Assembly (NCBI GenBank): GCA_965207375.1
Contig: OZ242274.1
Coordinates: 928,001 to 992,000, forward strand
Origin: Nitrosopumilaceae archaeon
Lineage (GTDB): Archaea; Thermoproteota; Nitrososphaeria; Nitrososphaerales; Nitrosopumilaceae
DNA: 64,000 nucleotides
Direction of reading: 5' to 3'
Position numbers and translations under genes: made by a program. Positions 17,015 through 26,262 of this stretch are shown piece after piece (position 1 is the stretch's first letter; the number at the start of each line of letters is the position of its first letter). The notes under the pieces were generated by a model, which did not search any database, had not been told where the DNA came from, and saw only the letters and a program-made list of their open reading frames with translations.

Positions 17015-18764
17015 ATAGTAGATTTTCGACAAATTTTTTGACAGATGCAATGTCATCTTCGGACTGTTTGATTTTCTTGTCAACTACTCGAAGCATTGCA
17101 TCATTCCAGACGTGCTGTGAAAAAAAGTTGTGCTTTGTATTTGCCAACTCAATTTCATCATCTACTGCTGTGTCTTCTAAAAATTTTGTAACAACTATAT
17201 CTGCCAATTTTAACAGTCTGGTGTTGAGTTTTGTACTTTTAAACAGTGGTTCCAATTTGGTTATGTCCTTTTTATAATCGCCCTTTGATGCCAGAATTTC
17301 TTTGTGGACTATTCTAAAATACACTGCCACATAAAATAACGTGGCGTAACGCTTTGTTTTGTGACCTCCCTGCTTTCCGTATTTTAGAATTTTTTTTGCA
17401 TACTCTTTTACTAGATAAGGATACAGTAGCAATCTATAATCGTCTTTTAAATTCTCATTGAAGACGTCGTCATACTTGCTTCCTCTTGGTAGGAATTGGG
17501 CAGGTGAACTATATGCCTCTGTTGGACGCTGTTCAATACCTGCTATCGATGCCTGAATTGCATCCTTTGCTACTATGACCTTTTTGTGATTATCTGGAAG
17601 ATATTGATTGTAGATTTGATCTCCTTCGTATTCTGATTGTTTTGATTTTGTTTTGCTGTCAAACGAGCCTGCCTGAATCTCGTAAAAATATCCGTTATTT
17701 TTTAACTGGGATTTGATAGATTTGTGAAAATCCATCAATGAGACCAGATCTTTTCCGCGTACTGAGTTTTGAGAGTTTCTGTATTTTGTAATGTTGTTTT
17801 GTTCTTGCTCATCATCTGCTTTTATGATGGTTACTGTCATAGAGCCTTCCATGTTTTTGGTTCTTTTTGCATGATCTAAAATTGAGTTTGATGTTTGTGC
17901 ACCATTTACAATTTGCGGTGCATGTAATTTCAACAAGTTATCTCCCAACTCTTCAAAATCGCTGACCACTATTGTAATTCCGTTATTATAGTAGAAAAAC
18001 TTGTTAGGATTTGCCTGCAATGTTTCTCGCAGTCCTTTGTTTACTGTTGTTTTGAACTGCATCCATTGTCTTATATTTGATTCAAAAACGTAATCCCGAT
18101 TTTTTGATACAAACTCTGTCAATTCTCTTAACTTTAAAATTCCCAATATTGTATTTTCATGTCTGAGAAGCTTTTCTAATCTTAATGACGATTTTTTACC
18201 GGCGGCGGGTTTTTTTATCCTGCTCCACAATCTCTGTATTATGTCATCAATGTCTACGATTTCTACGTCTTCATCTACTATGCTTATTTTTTGATTTGTC
18301 ACATAACAGCATTCTATCTTGAGATTTTTTTCTTTAATCTTTGTGATTAGCTGCGCCAATTCTGGTCTGACCTTGCTTATGTCCTTTTCTAGTAGGTGCT
18401 TTACATCCTCTTTGAACTTTGCAATTGCCTCTAGCGAATGAGAGGTTCCGTATTTTGACTGAAACAACCTGATTTTGTTGTCTGAAAAATCTACCGGCAA
18501 ATAGGCATCAATTCCTAAATCGTTTGCACCATCGACTATTGCATCTGATGCGTCATCTTCTGTAGCCTCAAAAACCCTTGTCAATACCCAGTGAAGAAAG
18601 TTATTTCCTTTTTCTACGTCGCTTTGTGAGTTTTCGGCGTTTGCGATTATGCTTTCCTGAATATTTTCAGCAAACCCTTCCAAAGGCTCACTTGATGTCT
18701 TGTGTATTAGCAATGATCTTGAACCTGGAATGTATTCTAATAACCCGTTACCGTTTTGCGCCAC
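17013..18764 (-). CDS. AIPR family protein with N-terminal restriction-endonuclease-like domain
   Basis: DGANDLGIDA...FQSKY; FESNIR, FFYYNNGITI, QIVNGAQT, RNSQN AIPR motifs. Confidence 0.9.
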   Translation of the reverse strand: MAQNGNGLLEYIPGSRSLLIHKTSSEPLEGFAENIQESIIANAENSQSDVEKGNNFLHWVLTRVFEATEDDASDAIVDGANDLGIDAYLPVDFSDNKIRLFQSKYGTSHSLEAIAKFKEDVKHLLEKDISKVRPELAQLITKIKEKNLKIECCYVTNQKISIVDEDVEIVDIDDIIQRLWSRIKKPAAGKKSSLRLEKLLRHENTILGILKLRELTEFVSKNRDYVFESNIRQWMQFKTTVNKGLRETLQANPNKFFYYNNGITIVVSDFEELGDNLLKLHAPQIVNGAQTSNSILDHAKRTKNMEGSMTVTIIKADDEQEQNNITKYRNSQNSVRGKDLVSLMDFHKSIKSQLKNNGYFYEIQAGSFDSKTKSKQSEYEGDQIYNQYLPDNHKKVIVAKDAIQASIAGIEQRPTEAYSSPAQFLPRGSKYDDVFNENLKDDYRLLLYPYLVKEYAKKILKYGKQGGHKTKRYATLFYVAVYFRIVHKEILASKGDYKKDITKLEPLFKSTKLNTRLLKLADIVVTKFLEDTAVDDEIELANTKHNFFSQHVWNDAMLRVVDKKIKQSEDDIASVKKFVENLL

Positions 18765-18833
18765 AAAAAATCTAACATCCTATATATTTAGTAAGGTGGG
18801 TAATTACATAATAACTAATTTCTGTGTGATGAT

Positions 18834-19256
18834 ATGGAAAAAAAAATTATACTTGGAATTATTGCTGTGGCAACTGTGTTGATTGCAGCATCTCTTGCTT
18901 TTGCTGGCATATCTTCTGATGATCCTAGACCTGTAGATGAAAAAGACACAGATATAGAAATCTCAGCCGATGTAATTATGCCAACCAAAGTATCAAGACC
19001 TGGTTGTGAAAAAATCGACAACTGTTATGTGCCTTCACAATTTTCAATCACCTCTGGAGAATCTGTTTCTTGGTTAAATGATGATTCTGCATTTCACAGT
19101 GTAACTAGTGGAGAATATGGCTCCGCTACAGGACTATTTGATAGTGGATACATGGATCCAGGTGATGTCTTTACACACGTGTTTGTTGAATCGGGCGAAT
19201 TTGTGTATCATTGTACCTTACATGAATGGATGCGAGGTATTGTTTTGGTAAACTAG
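18834..19256 (+). CDS. Membrane-anchored plastocyanin-like blue copper protein
   Basis: N-terminal TM; WLNDDSAFHSVTSG and YHCTLHEWMRG type-1 Cu ligands. Confidence 0.93.
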   Translation: MEKKIILGIIAVATVLIAASLAFAGISSDDPRPVDEKDTDIEISADVIMPTKVSRPGCEKIDNCYVPSQFSITSGESVSWLNDDSAFHSVTSGEYGSATGLFDSGYMDPGDVFTHVFVESGEFVYHCTLHEWMRGIVLVN

Positions 19257-19263
19257 TCAAAAA

Positions 19264-19335
19264 AGGTACCCGAGGGAGTCGAACCCCCTTGTATAGGCTT
19301 TGCAGGCCCACGCATAACCGTTCTGCCAGAGTACC
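19264..19335 (-). tRNA. tRNA-Cys(GCA), no intron, CCA not encoded
   Basis: Reverse complement GGTACTC...TGGGC-CTGCAAA-GCCTA...GGGGG-TTCGACT-CCCTC-GGGTACC-T. Confidence 0.95.
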
Positions 19336-19516
19336 GCTTTAAAAAACACAAAATGAACAATTAAACTCTTTTCAATACTATTAAAATTCGCAAAGATGTT
19401 CTGCGTACCTGTATAGTTTTTACACTAGTGTGGTCATGAAGACACTAGACTATCAAGAATTTCAAGGCATATTATTTGTACTACCTTGGAGATGAACTAT
19501 TGGAACTAGACACTTG

Positions 19517-19738
19517 TCATGATTTCAAAAATGATTTTGAAGCTAATTTGATGTCATCTGCCTTGACTGTTTTTCTTCCCGCATGAATTGACATGTCTAC
19601 TGCATTTTTTGCTATATCTGAGGCTACATCCTCTATAATTCTACGTAATTCATCTGCTGATTCGTCGCTTACTCTACTTGCTCCTGCCTTTTTCAAAATT
19701 CTATACATTGCAGATAATCCCAATTCTGATGACTTCAT
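19517..19738 (-). CDS. Archaeal histone
   Basis: RILKKAGASRVSDESA...HAGRKTVKADDIKLA histone fold. Confidence 0.95.
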   Translation of the reverse strand: MKSSELGLSAMYRILKKAGASRVSDESADELRRIIEDVASDIAKNAVDMSIHAGRKTVKADDIKLASKSFLKS

Positions 19739-19824
19739 CAGTATGATTTTTACATTTTGACGATAAAAGATATTGAGTAAAAAAATATCACAAACAAATC
19801 GATTAATACAGACTATTTAATGAC

Positions 19825-20595
19825 TTGTTTTCAAGTGATATATTGACTTGGCTATTTGATTCCCACATTCACTTGTCCGATCCTGCCTACAAATCTGATA
19901 TAAATTTCATTTTTACAAACATGCAGAAAATGCAAATTAAGGCATGTTGTGTTTCTATGGATAATGAAAGTTCTGAACATACCTTATCGCTATCTGCTGA
20001 CAATCCGCTAGTTTTGCCCTTTATTGGAATTCATCCTGAAAAGGCATCTGATGATCTTGATTCGATGATCTCTAAAATACATCAACACCATGATCATATA
20101 TCGGGTATAGGTGAAATAGGCCTAGACCCTACCTATGCTGCAAATAATGATTCTAAACGACAACTTTATGTTTTTGAAACATTGCTTTCACTTGCTGAAA
20201 AGTATCAAAAACCGGTATCTATTCATTCTAGAAAATCACTAGAAAGTATTATTGAAATTTTGCCATCTTTTTCCTTAAATGGAAAATTACTTCATTGGTT
20301 TGATGGAAATAAAAAACAACTACAAAAAGCAATGGATTTGGACTGTTATGTTTCTTTTGGGCCTGTACTGATTTATGCCAATGACAAGCAAACTCTTTTA
20401 CAAAAAACCAATCTAGAACGAATTCTTGTAGAAACTGATGGCCCCGTTGCATTTTCTAGGTGTTTTGAACAAAAACCTGCACAAATCAGCTTTATTCCAA
20501 GTGTTATTTTTTGCGCTTCAAAGTTACTTTCCAGATCATATGATGAGTTATCTCTAATACTGTACAACAACTCAACTCGTTATCTTGGTATATAG
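19825..20595 (+). CDS. tatD: TatD family deoxyribonuclease
   Basis: DSHIH, GIHP, GEIGLD, IHSR, LHWF, ETDGP. Confidence 0.93.
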   Translation: MFSSDILTWLFDSHIHLSDPAYKSDINFIFTNMQKMQIKACCVSMDNESSEHTLSLSADNPLVLPFIGIHPEKASDDLDSMISKIHQHHDHISGIGEIGLDPTYAANNDSKRQLYVFETLLSLAEKYQKPVSIHSRKSLESIIEILPSFSLNGKLLHWFDGNKKQLQKAMDLDCYVSFGPVLIYANDKQTLLQKTNLERILVETDGPVAFSRCFEQKPAQISFIPSVIFCASKLLSRSYDELSLILYNNSTRYLGI

Positions 20596-20626
20596 GTATA
20601 AAAAACCCCGTATGATAATGCCGTGA

Positions 20627-21034
20627 GTGGATAGAATAAAACGACTTTCAATGGAGGTCATGGACAAACACAAGCCAAAATTTGGTCAAGATTTCTCCGA
20701 TAATAAAAAAGCGTTAGATCAAGTCACAATTATTCGTTCCAAATGCCTGAAAAATGAAATTGCAGGTTATATCACCAAATATATCAAACATGAAATCCGT
20801 GATAATGAAATTCGTCATGCTCAACAAGAGGCGGCCGAATCTGCTACTAGGGACGTAACCGAAGCTACATCACCAGTTGAAACCATTGAAGAAACTAGTG
20901 TAACTGAAACTACCACCGCCGAGCCTACAGTACTAGATGTAACTGAAACAGAACCTACAGTTGAAACCATTGAAGAAACTCCACAGACTAATGTGGATAC
21001 TGCTGAAACCCCCTCTGAATCAGAAACTAGGTAG
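20627..21034 (+). CDS. rps17e: 30S ribosomal protein eS17 with Thr/Glu-rich C-terminal extension
   Basis: RIKRLS...FGQDFSDNKKAL...SKCLKNEIAGYIT. Confidence 0.88.
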   Translation: MDRIKRLSMEVMDKHKPKFGQDFSDNKKALDQVTIIRSKCLKNEIAGYITKYIKHEIRDNEIRHAQQEAAESATRDVTEATSPVETIEETSVTETTTAEPTVLDVTETEPTVETIEETPQTNVDTAETPSESETR

Positions 21035-21068
21035 ATTTACGTTTATTTTAGTTGAAATTTATTGATAT

Positions 21069-21839
21069 TTGTTGATTCAGGTAAACTTTTTTGGCGGTGC
21101 AAAGAAATCTTTTGGTACCCAAAGCATTGATTTTGATTTTGACAATATTTCAATTAACTACCTTTTACAACATTTGGCAAAGAAAATACCAGATGATGCA
21201 GAATTGGATGCAAATAACATCTTAATTGCTGTAAATGGGGTTGATTCATCTGCCATCGACGGCAAAAAAACCATTTTACATTCTGGCGATGTAATTAGCA
21301 TAATTCCTATAATTCATGGTGGCTCTGCAAACTCTTTTACCGTTCTTAACCATAATGTCATAATATGTCCTGTATCTGGACACAAAAATTTAGATCATAA
21401 CTTTCTTGATTCATTACGTTCTAAATACTCAAAACTAACAATTCAAGCAATTTCCTCAAAATTCATTCTAAACAGATTACACATTAAAAAAATCCTCATC
21501 ATTTCTTTAGAATCTAAAAAGCGCAAGATATTACTTTCTGAGAAACTAGAAACTGACATTTTGTTGAGATTTGCAGGCACCACTCAAATATCTCGGGCCA
21601 TATCTGATTTGGGAATAAAGACCAAAACAGATTTTATAATTATTGCAATTGGCAACAAATCATCTCTTGAAAAACTCCAAAAGCAATTATCTGACAAAAC
21701 AGATGCCAAAATACTAGCAAAATCCAATGAAGCTCATATTAGAAAATACTTTGACATATCAAAAAAGCAATTGGATTCTGTCTATACAAAAACTCCCCTA
21801 GAGGACATATTACAGGAAAAATCCTCAATTTTATTCTGA
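21069..21839 (+). CDS. cgi121: Ubiquitin-like (MoaD/ThiS/SAMP) domain fused to KEOPS subunit Cgi121
   Basis: VNFFGG...IAVNG...GDVISIIPIIHGG followed by ETDILLRFAGTTQISRAI..LG. Confidence 0.88.
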   Translation: MLIQVNFFGGAKKSFGTQSIDFDFDNISINYLLQHLAKKIPDDAELDANNILIAVNGVDSSAIDGKKTILHSGDVISIIPIIHGGSANSFTVLNHNVIICPVSGHKNLDHNFLDSLRSKYSKLTIQAISSKFILNRLHIKKILIISLESKKRKILLSEKLETDILLRFAGTTQISRAISDLGIKTKTDFIIIAIGNKSSLEKLQKQLSDKTDAKILAKSNEAHIRKYFDISKKQLDSVYTKTPLEDILQEKSSILF

Positions 21840-22352
21840 CATGTGGCGTTTTATTTTTTCTATGCTGATTATTTGATTCGGCCTAATTACAGCTACTCCT
21901 GCCTTTGATCCTATTATTTCCACTAAAACTATCCAATCTGAATTCTCAAGTGAAACTTTATTTGGAATAATTTTTGCAATTTCTGTAATCATCTCTTTAC
22001 TAGAAATCTCCGAATGTCTTTTTTCAATTGTTATTCTGTAGGTTTCATTGTTTTTCATTATTGTATATATTTTTGATATATTTTGTACAATTTGGCCAAT
22101 CTCACTTTTAGATGTCTTTTGAATTGGAATAATTCGCTGACAATATCTGATTGCCCATGGCTCATCTTCTATCAATTCTCTTGCTTTTTCTGCCATTTCA
22201 ATTGGATTTTCAACCATACTTACAGTCAAAATTCCTGGCATCTCAGTAATGGTAATTTCAGGCTTGTCATATCCAAATTTTTCAAAAAGCACTTTGATTT
22301 CACATACTGCATCCTCTTCAAAATGTCTGGGACAGGTTATGATTAAATTCAA
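21831..22352 (-). CDS. THUMP domain RNA-binding protein
   Basis: LIITCPRHFE, RIIPI, YRITIEKRH, KVSLENSDWIVLVEII; TTG start overlapping sua5 stop preferred to track start 22421. Confidence 0.88.
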   Translation of the reverse strand: MNLIITCPRHFEEDAVCEIKVLFEKFGYDKPEITITEMPGILTVSMVENPIEMAEKARELIEDEPWAIRYCQRIIPIQKTSKSEIGQIVQNISKIYTIMKNNETYRITIEKRHSEISSKEMITEIAKIIPNKVSLENSDWIVLVEIIGSKAGVAVIRPNQIISIEKIKRHMSE

Positions 22353-22951
22353 ATTAACTCCTTTAACTCTTGGGATTTTATTGCACCCTCTCTTAATATT
22401 GCTAGTTCCTTTAAAGTACAATCTATTATTGTAGATTCGCCGGTACTTTTTATGACTCCGCCATCTACAAAAACATCATAGTCTTTGATATTTTCTAGAC
22501 AATCTTTTGGATTTACAAAAGATTTGACTCCTGCCTTGTTTGCACTTGTTCCCACAAGCAGCCTGCATTTTTCTAAAATAGACAATGCACACTTGCTGTT
22601 GGGCACTCTTACGGCAATCTTTTCTGTAATGCCTAATGATTCTTGCAGTTTTTCTTCCTTTAATTTTAAAACAAGTGTAACTTTGCCTGGCCAGTATTTT
22701 GCTGCAATTTTTTCCGCATTTGGTGTAAATTCTACAATAGATTCAATATCTCTTTTGGAAAAACCCAATATCGGTAATTTTTTTATCTTTTCCCTTTGCT
22801 TAATCTTGTAAATTTTTTCTACTGCTGCCTTGTCAAATGGATTACATCCTATTCCGTATACTGTATCTGTGGGAAATACAATCGTGCCTCCCTCTGCAAT
22901 GATTTTTGCTATTTTTACAGCATTTTCTTTGTCACATGATATTTTTTCCAA
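22349..22951 (-). CDS. sua5: L-threonylcarbamoyladenylate synthase (TsaC/Sua5, YrdC domain only)
   Basis: FPTDTVYG, KIKQR, WPG.VT, AVRVP, TSAN, STIID. Confidence 0.95.
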   Translation of the reverse strand: MEKISCDKENAVKIAKIIAEGGTIVFPTDTVYGIGCNPFDKAAVEKIYKIKQREKIKKLPILGFSKRDIESIVEFTPNAEKIAAKYWPGKVTLVLKLKEEKLQESLGITEKIAVRVPNSKCALSILEKCRLLVGTSANKAGVKSFVNPKDCLENIKDYDVFVDGGVIKSTGESTIIDCTLKELAILREGAIKSQELKELI

Positions 22952-23021
22952 TTTGTATTATGTGCCGACCTAGCTATTTTAAGATAGATTTGTTAATATT
23001 ACAATTCAGATAATTGATAGT

Positions 23022-23105
23022 ATGAGTTCAGCTTCAGATTATGAGGATACCGAATTTGAAGACGATTTTGATGACAATTTAGATGACTTTGAATCTGAAG
23101 ACTAA
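23022..23105 (+). CDS. 27-aa acidic micropeptide
   Basis: MSSASDYEDTEFEDDFDDNLDDFESED; TATA-like TTAATATT about 25 nt upstream. Confidence 0.55.
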   Translation: MSSASDYEDTEFEDDFDDNLDDFESED

Positions 23106-23135
23106 ATTCAAAATCTAGATTTTAAATTTAATTTC

Positions 23136-23298
23136 TGCACTGTTTATGCAGTGCATGAATTTTTGTATAGTAATTTCACAAAAGAAATCTAAATCCATGC
23201 AATCATATGCATGGCCACACCATAATAGTGCGATCCTTGATTCCAATCTTTTTTTGTGATTACTATGTGTATGCAATTCTGGCAGTGCTATGGCAGAA
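23136..23298. ncRNA. Candidate structured RNA / hairpin cluster
   Basis: TGCACTG/CAGTGCA hairpin; ATAGTAAT(TT)CACAAAA pairs with TTTTGTGATTACTAT enclosing CCATGCA/TGCATGG. Confidence 0.3.
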
Positions 23299-23407
23299 AT
23301 GATTAAGTGTTAACAATACGCCTGAATTTTTATTTTTTGATGACAAAGTAATTTCATGTCTAAAACTATCATAAATTCAAAACAACGTTAACTGACACAA
23401 TTTTTTA

Positions 23408-23695
23408 CTATATTGATAATCCAAAATTATCTGAAAATGCACTAAACGATTGATATTCCTGCAAGAACTCCCGTCCTGATTGACTGATTTTATATTTTGA
23501 CGTGTTTGAATTATTCACCTGTTCTAACAATCCCTGTGCCACCAATGTCTTCAAAATTCTTGAAATTCTAGCATGTGATATGTTGGCCTTTCTAATCAGA
23601 TATGTTACACTTGCACCATCGTCATCTTGTAGATTGTCTCTAGTAGTGCATAAGATATCTCCTATTATTTTCATATGGGTTCTATATTCGGCCAT
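23408..23695 (-). CDS. Winged-helix transcriptional regulator (COG3432-like), paralog of 15764-16042
   Basis: YRTHMKIIGDIL...LIRKANISHARI...YKISQSGREFL...FGLSI. Confidence 0.88.
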   Translation of the reverse strand: MAEYRTHMKIIGDILCTTRDNLQDDDGASVTYLIRKANISHARISRILKTLVAQGLLEQVNNSNTSKYKISQSGREFLQEYQSFSAFSDNFGLSI

Positions 23696-23748
23696 TTTAT
23701 CTCACTATGTATAAAATAGTTATTTCCCAATATATTTATGAGATAAAA
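23695..23748. promoter_or_regulatory. 10-bp perfect inverted repeat TTTTATCTCA...TGAGATAAAA bracketing the regulator's promoter
   Basis: Arms at 23695-23704 and 23739-23748. Confidence 0.35.
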
Positions 23749-23912
23749 GAAATTGACAATGTAATTGGATTATTAGACCTTATACTCAAAACCCCATGCA
23801 CAATTGATCGATTCAAAATAAAATTTTCAAATAAAGGCTAAAAATTAAGCATTTTTAATTCAAAATTTGATTATGCACAAGGTCTACATGGTAGGACATC
23901 AGTGATCATTTC

Positions 23913-24281
23913 ATGTCTAGATCAAAGAAAATTATGATCGTTGATGACGATTATGATTTTTTGGAATCTATTCAGCTGTTGCTTCTAAACGACGGACATG
24001 ACACTATTCCTATATCAAACGGCAAGTATGCCATAGAGCAATACAATGAATTTGAACCAGATCTTGTTCTACTTGATATTCGGATGCCGGGAATCGATGG
24101 CTATGAGACATTCTTGCACATGATCAGAAACGATGCAGACGCAAGAATCATCTTCACCTCTGCCTATGATTTAAGCAGTGAACAGTACAAAAAGGCAAAG
24201 AATCAATCGCTTTCAGGCATACTCTCAAAGCCCATAGAGTTTACAAAGCTTAGACGGATAATTACAAAACATGCAAAGTAA
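23913..24281 (+). CDS. Stand-alone response regulator receiver domain (CheY-like)
   Basis: IVDDD, LLDIRMPGIDG, TSA, KP. Confidence 0.93.
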   Translation: MSRSKKIMIVDDDYDFLESIQLLLLNDGHDTIPISNGKYAIEQYNEFEPDLVLLDIRMPGIDGYETFLHMIRNDADARIIFTSAYDLSSEQYKKAKNQSLSGILSKPIEFTKLRRIITKHAK

Positions 24282-24306
24282 CGTGCTAGGGATCGATGTA
24301 TCTAAA

Positions 24307-25128
24307 TCACGAAGGAATCCAACTGCAATCACTTTTCATGGCACGTAGCCTTTTTTTGTAGTGATCCATGGCCTGATTGAAAAATTCCTGATACCATTCT
24401 CGAAGATTTACATCATGCTGTAGCATATTCGTTACTCTGTTGATTCTGGCCTGATTTCTTTTGATATGTGAATCTGATCCTACATAATATTGTAAAAAGG
24501 TGTAAAACCAGTATGATATCTGTTCGGCCAAATCAGTCTCAGAAATAGACTCAAAATTACTGTTGTACTTTATGTGTATAAACGACATGAGCTCATAAAG
24601 TGGTGTATCCTTTTGCGTCTTGATTATGTCCGAATTGTTCAAAAGTAATCCCTTTGCCAATACGCGCATCTTGTAGACGTCCTTTCTGGCTACTGATTTG
24701 ACTATCTTCCATTGACCAAATATCTTAGGAAGTACATCTGCATACCTTTGTGCCATTGCATCATAATCCTTATCGTGTGGGTTCAACACATCTATACAAT
24801 ACAATATGCCATGTAACGATAACCGATATTTGTTGTAAGTACCTGCTTGTTCTCTAACTACTAAACCAACATCGAGCATACCTCCTGATCGTTTTTTGGT
24901 ATCATACCTTCCATGAAACAATCGTCTGTATTCCTTCTCTTTTGCTCTGATGAGGGATACGTTGGTGGTATGAAGCATGATCTTTGCTATTTTCCATGTA
25001 GTGCATGCCCCATTTGTAAACATGATGCGGAGAATCTCCTGCATGCCTTGCTGATGTTTGGTCTTGTATTTTGACGAACTGCCATACAGTTTGTATGCTG
25101 CAGGGCGTGTGTAATGCTTGTATGACAT
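24307..25128 (-). CDS. Hypothetical protein with probable N-terminal winged helix (thaumarchaeal family)
   Basis: GACTTWKIAK...EKEYRRL...YRLSLHGILY...EQISYWFYT; ATG 25128 preferred to GTG 25170. Confidence 0.7.
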   Translation of the reverse strand: MSYKHYTRPAAYKLYGSSSKYKTKHQQGMQEILRIMFTNGACTTWKIAKIMLHTTNVSLIRAKEKEYRRLFHGRYDTKKRSGGMLDVGLVVREQAGTYNKYRLSLHGILYCIDVLNPHDKDYDAMAQRYADVLPKIFGQWKIVKSVARKDVYKMRVLAKGLLLNNSDIIKTQKDTPLYELMSFIHIKYNSNFESISETDLAEQISYWFYTFLQYYVGSDSHIKRNQARINRVTNMLQHDVNLREWYQEFFNQAMDHYKKRLRAMKSDCSWIPS

Positions 25129-25192
25129 CAGGTTTCCGTACGGTGTATCATAATTCTTCAGGTGAGGCACTCCGTACGTGGATATATCTAGA

Positions 25193-25330
25193 CATATAAT
25201 ATTGATGTTATAGCCAAGGTACGCACTCAGGCCGTAAATTTTTCAGGCACAGAATTTTCATGTGTTCAAAAACTATGCATAGAATCAGTGTGGCGAGTGT
25301 GGACATGAACTGTTACCGGTGGGTTAACTG
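25193..25330 (+). repeat. Degenerate dispersed repeat, probably IS-derived
   Basis: 25193-25288 aligns with about 56863-56960; GGTGGGTTAACTG at 25318-25330 is identical to 57659-57671. Confidence 0.7.
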
Positions 25331-25344
25331 ATTGAAGCACAACA

Positions 25345-25902
25345 TTAAAGATCTAGGGATTTTACCAATGCCCTAAGGTCAATTGAACTATTACCGTATA
25401 CCGACAACCGAATATTTTCATCAATGTAGGCAATTGTGAGATATTCCCCATTAAGACCAGAATCCGTATAAACGGGATTGGAATTTTTTGTCATGAAAAT
25501 CGGCGTATTTTTTAAGGTTCTATCTTTTAAATTATCAATTTTTTCATAGTCAAAGACAATTACACCTTTTTTGACTAGATTCTGAATAGAATCGTTATAG
25601 GAAATAGTTTTTTGTACTTTTGGGGTTGCGTAGAACAAGGTGGTCTCACCGTAAAAGGAATCTTGTTTGACAGATATTAGATCATGGCCGCCTGCAAGCT
25701 CCATTACATACTCTGAATTTTGCATTGATGTGCCCGAAACAATTCCGTTCACTACTTTGGCGCTAGGCAGTGTGGGCATTGGAAAATAAGAAAAACCGGT
25801 GATTTCCTCACTTTGCATTACATTTACCTCATACATTGTACCAATCAATGCGCCTAAAGCAACCACCATAGCTATTGCAGGAAGAACCAGTCTCTGCTGC
25901 AT
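25345..25902 (-). CDS. N-terminally anchored/secreted hypothetical protein
   Basis: Hydrophobic N-terminus, 185-aa ORF. Confidence 0.7.
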   Translation of the reverse strand: MQQRLVLPAIAMVVALGALIGTMYEVNVMQSEEITGFSYFPMPTLPSAKVVNGIVSGTSMQNSEYVMELAGGHDLISVKQDSFYGETTLFYATPKVQKTISYNDSIQNLVKKGVIVFDYEKIDNLKDRTLKNTPIFMTKNSNPVYTDSGLNGEYLTIAYIDENIRLSVYGNSSIDLRALVKSLDL

Positions 25903-25908
25903 GATGGA

Positions 25909-26157
25909 TCATCTAGCATAGCAATGACTTGAAAGAGAACAGGCATATGCTTCATCAATCCCTCCAATCATTAACAAGCATGTGCCAATGACTGTCAGAA
26001 ATAGAATGTTTCTTGCCTTTGAATCGCGTAATATTTTTGCTTCTTTTAAATCACCATTCATGTCATTGTCAAGCTGGTACAAAGTACACCGTTTAGATTC
26101 AAATGACGGAATTATTGCGCTAATCAAGGGTGCAAACCGCATCGTTTTCGTAATCAT
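25909..26157 (-). pseudogene. Probable truncated secreted-protein gene
   Basis: Signal-peptide-like RNILFLTVIGTCLLMIGGIDEAYA followed by only 10 residues (CSLSSHCYAR). Confidence 0.4.
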
Positions 26158-26262
26158 TGTACCTACTTGTATCCTGCGTTATATAATCAGGTCTATCTTA
26201 ATCTGGAGTGCCTTTTGATTATCTGCCTTGAGCCATATACTTGAGAAATTATATTTACAAAA

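Noticed and set aside
23337-23395. Box C/D sRNA (TTGATGA...CTGA)
   Set aside because: No convincing C'/D' boxes or recognisable guide; expected by chance in AT-rich DNA
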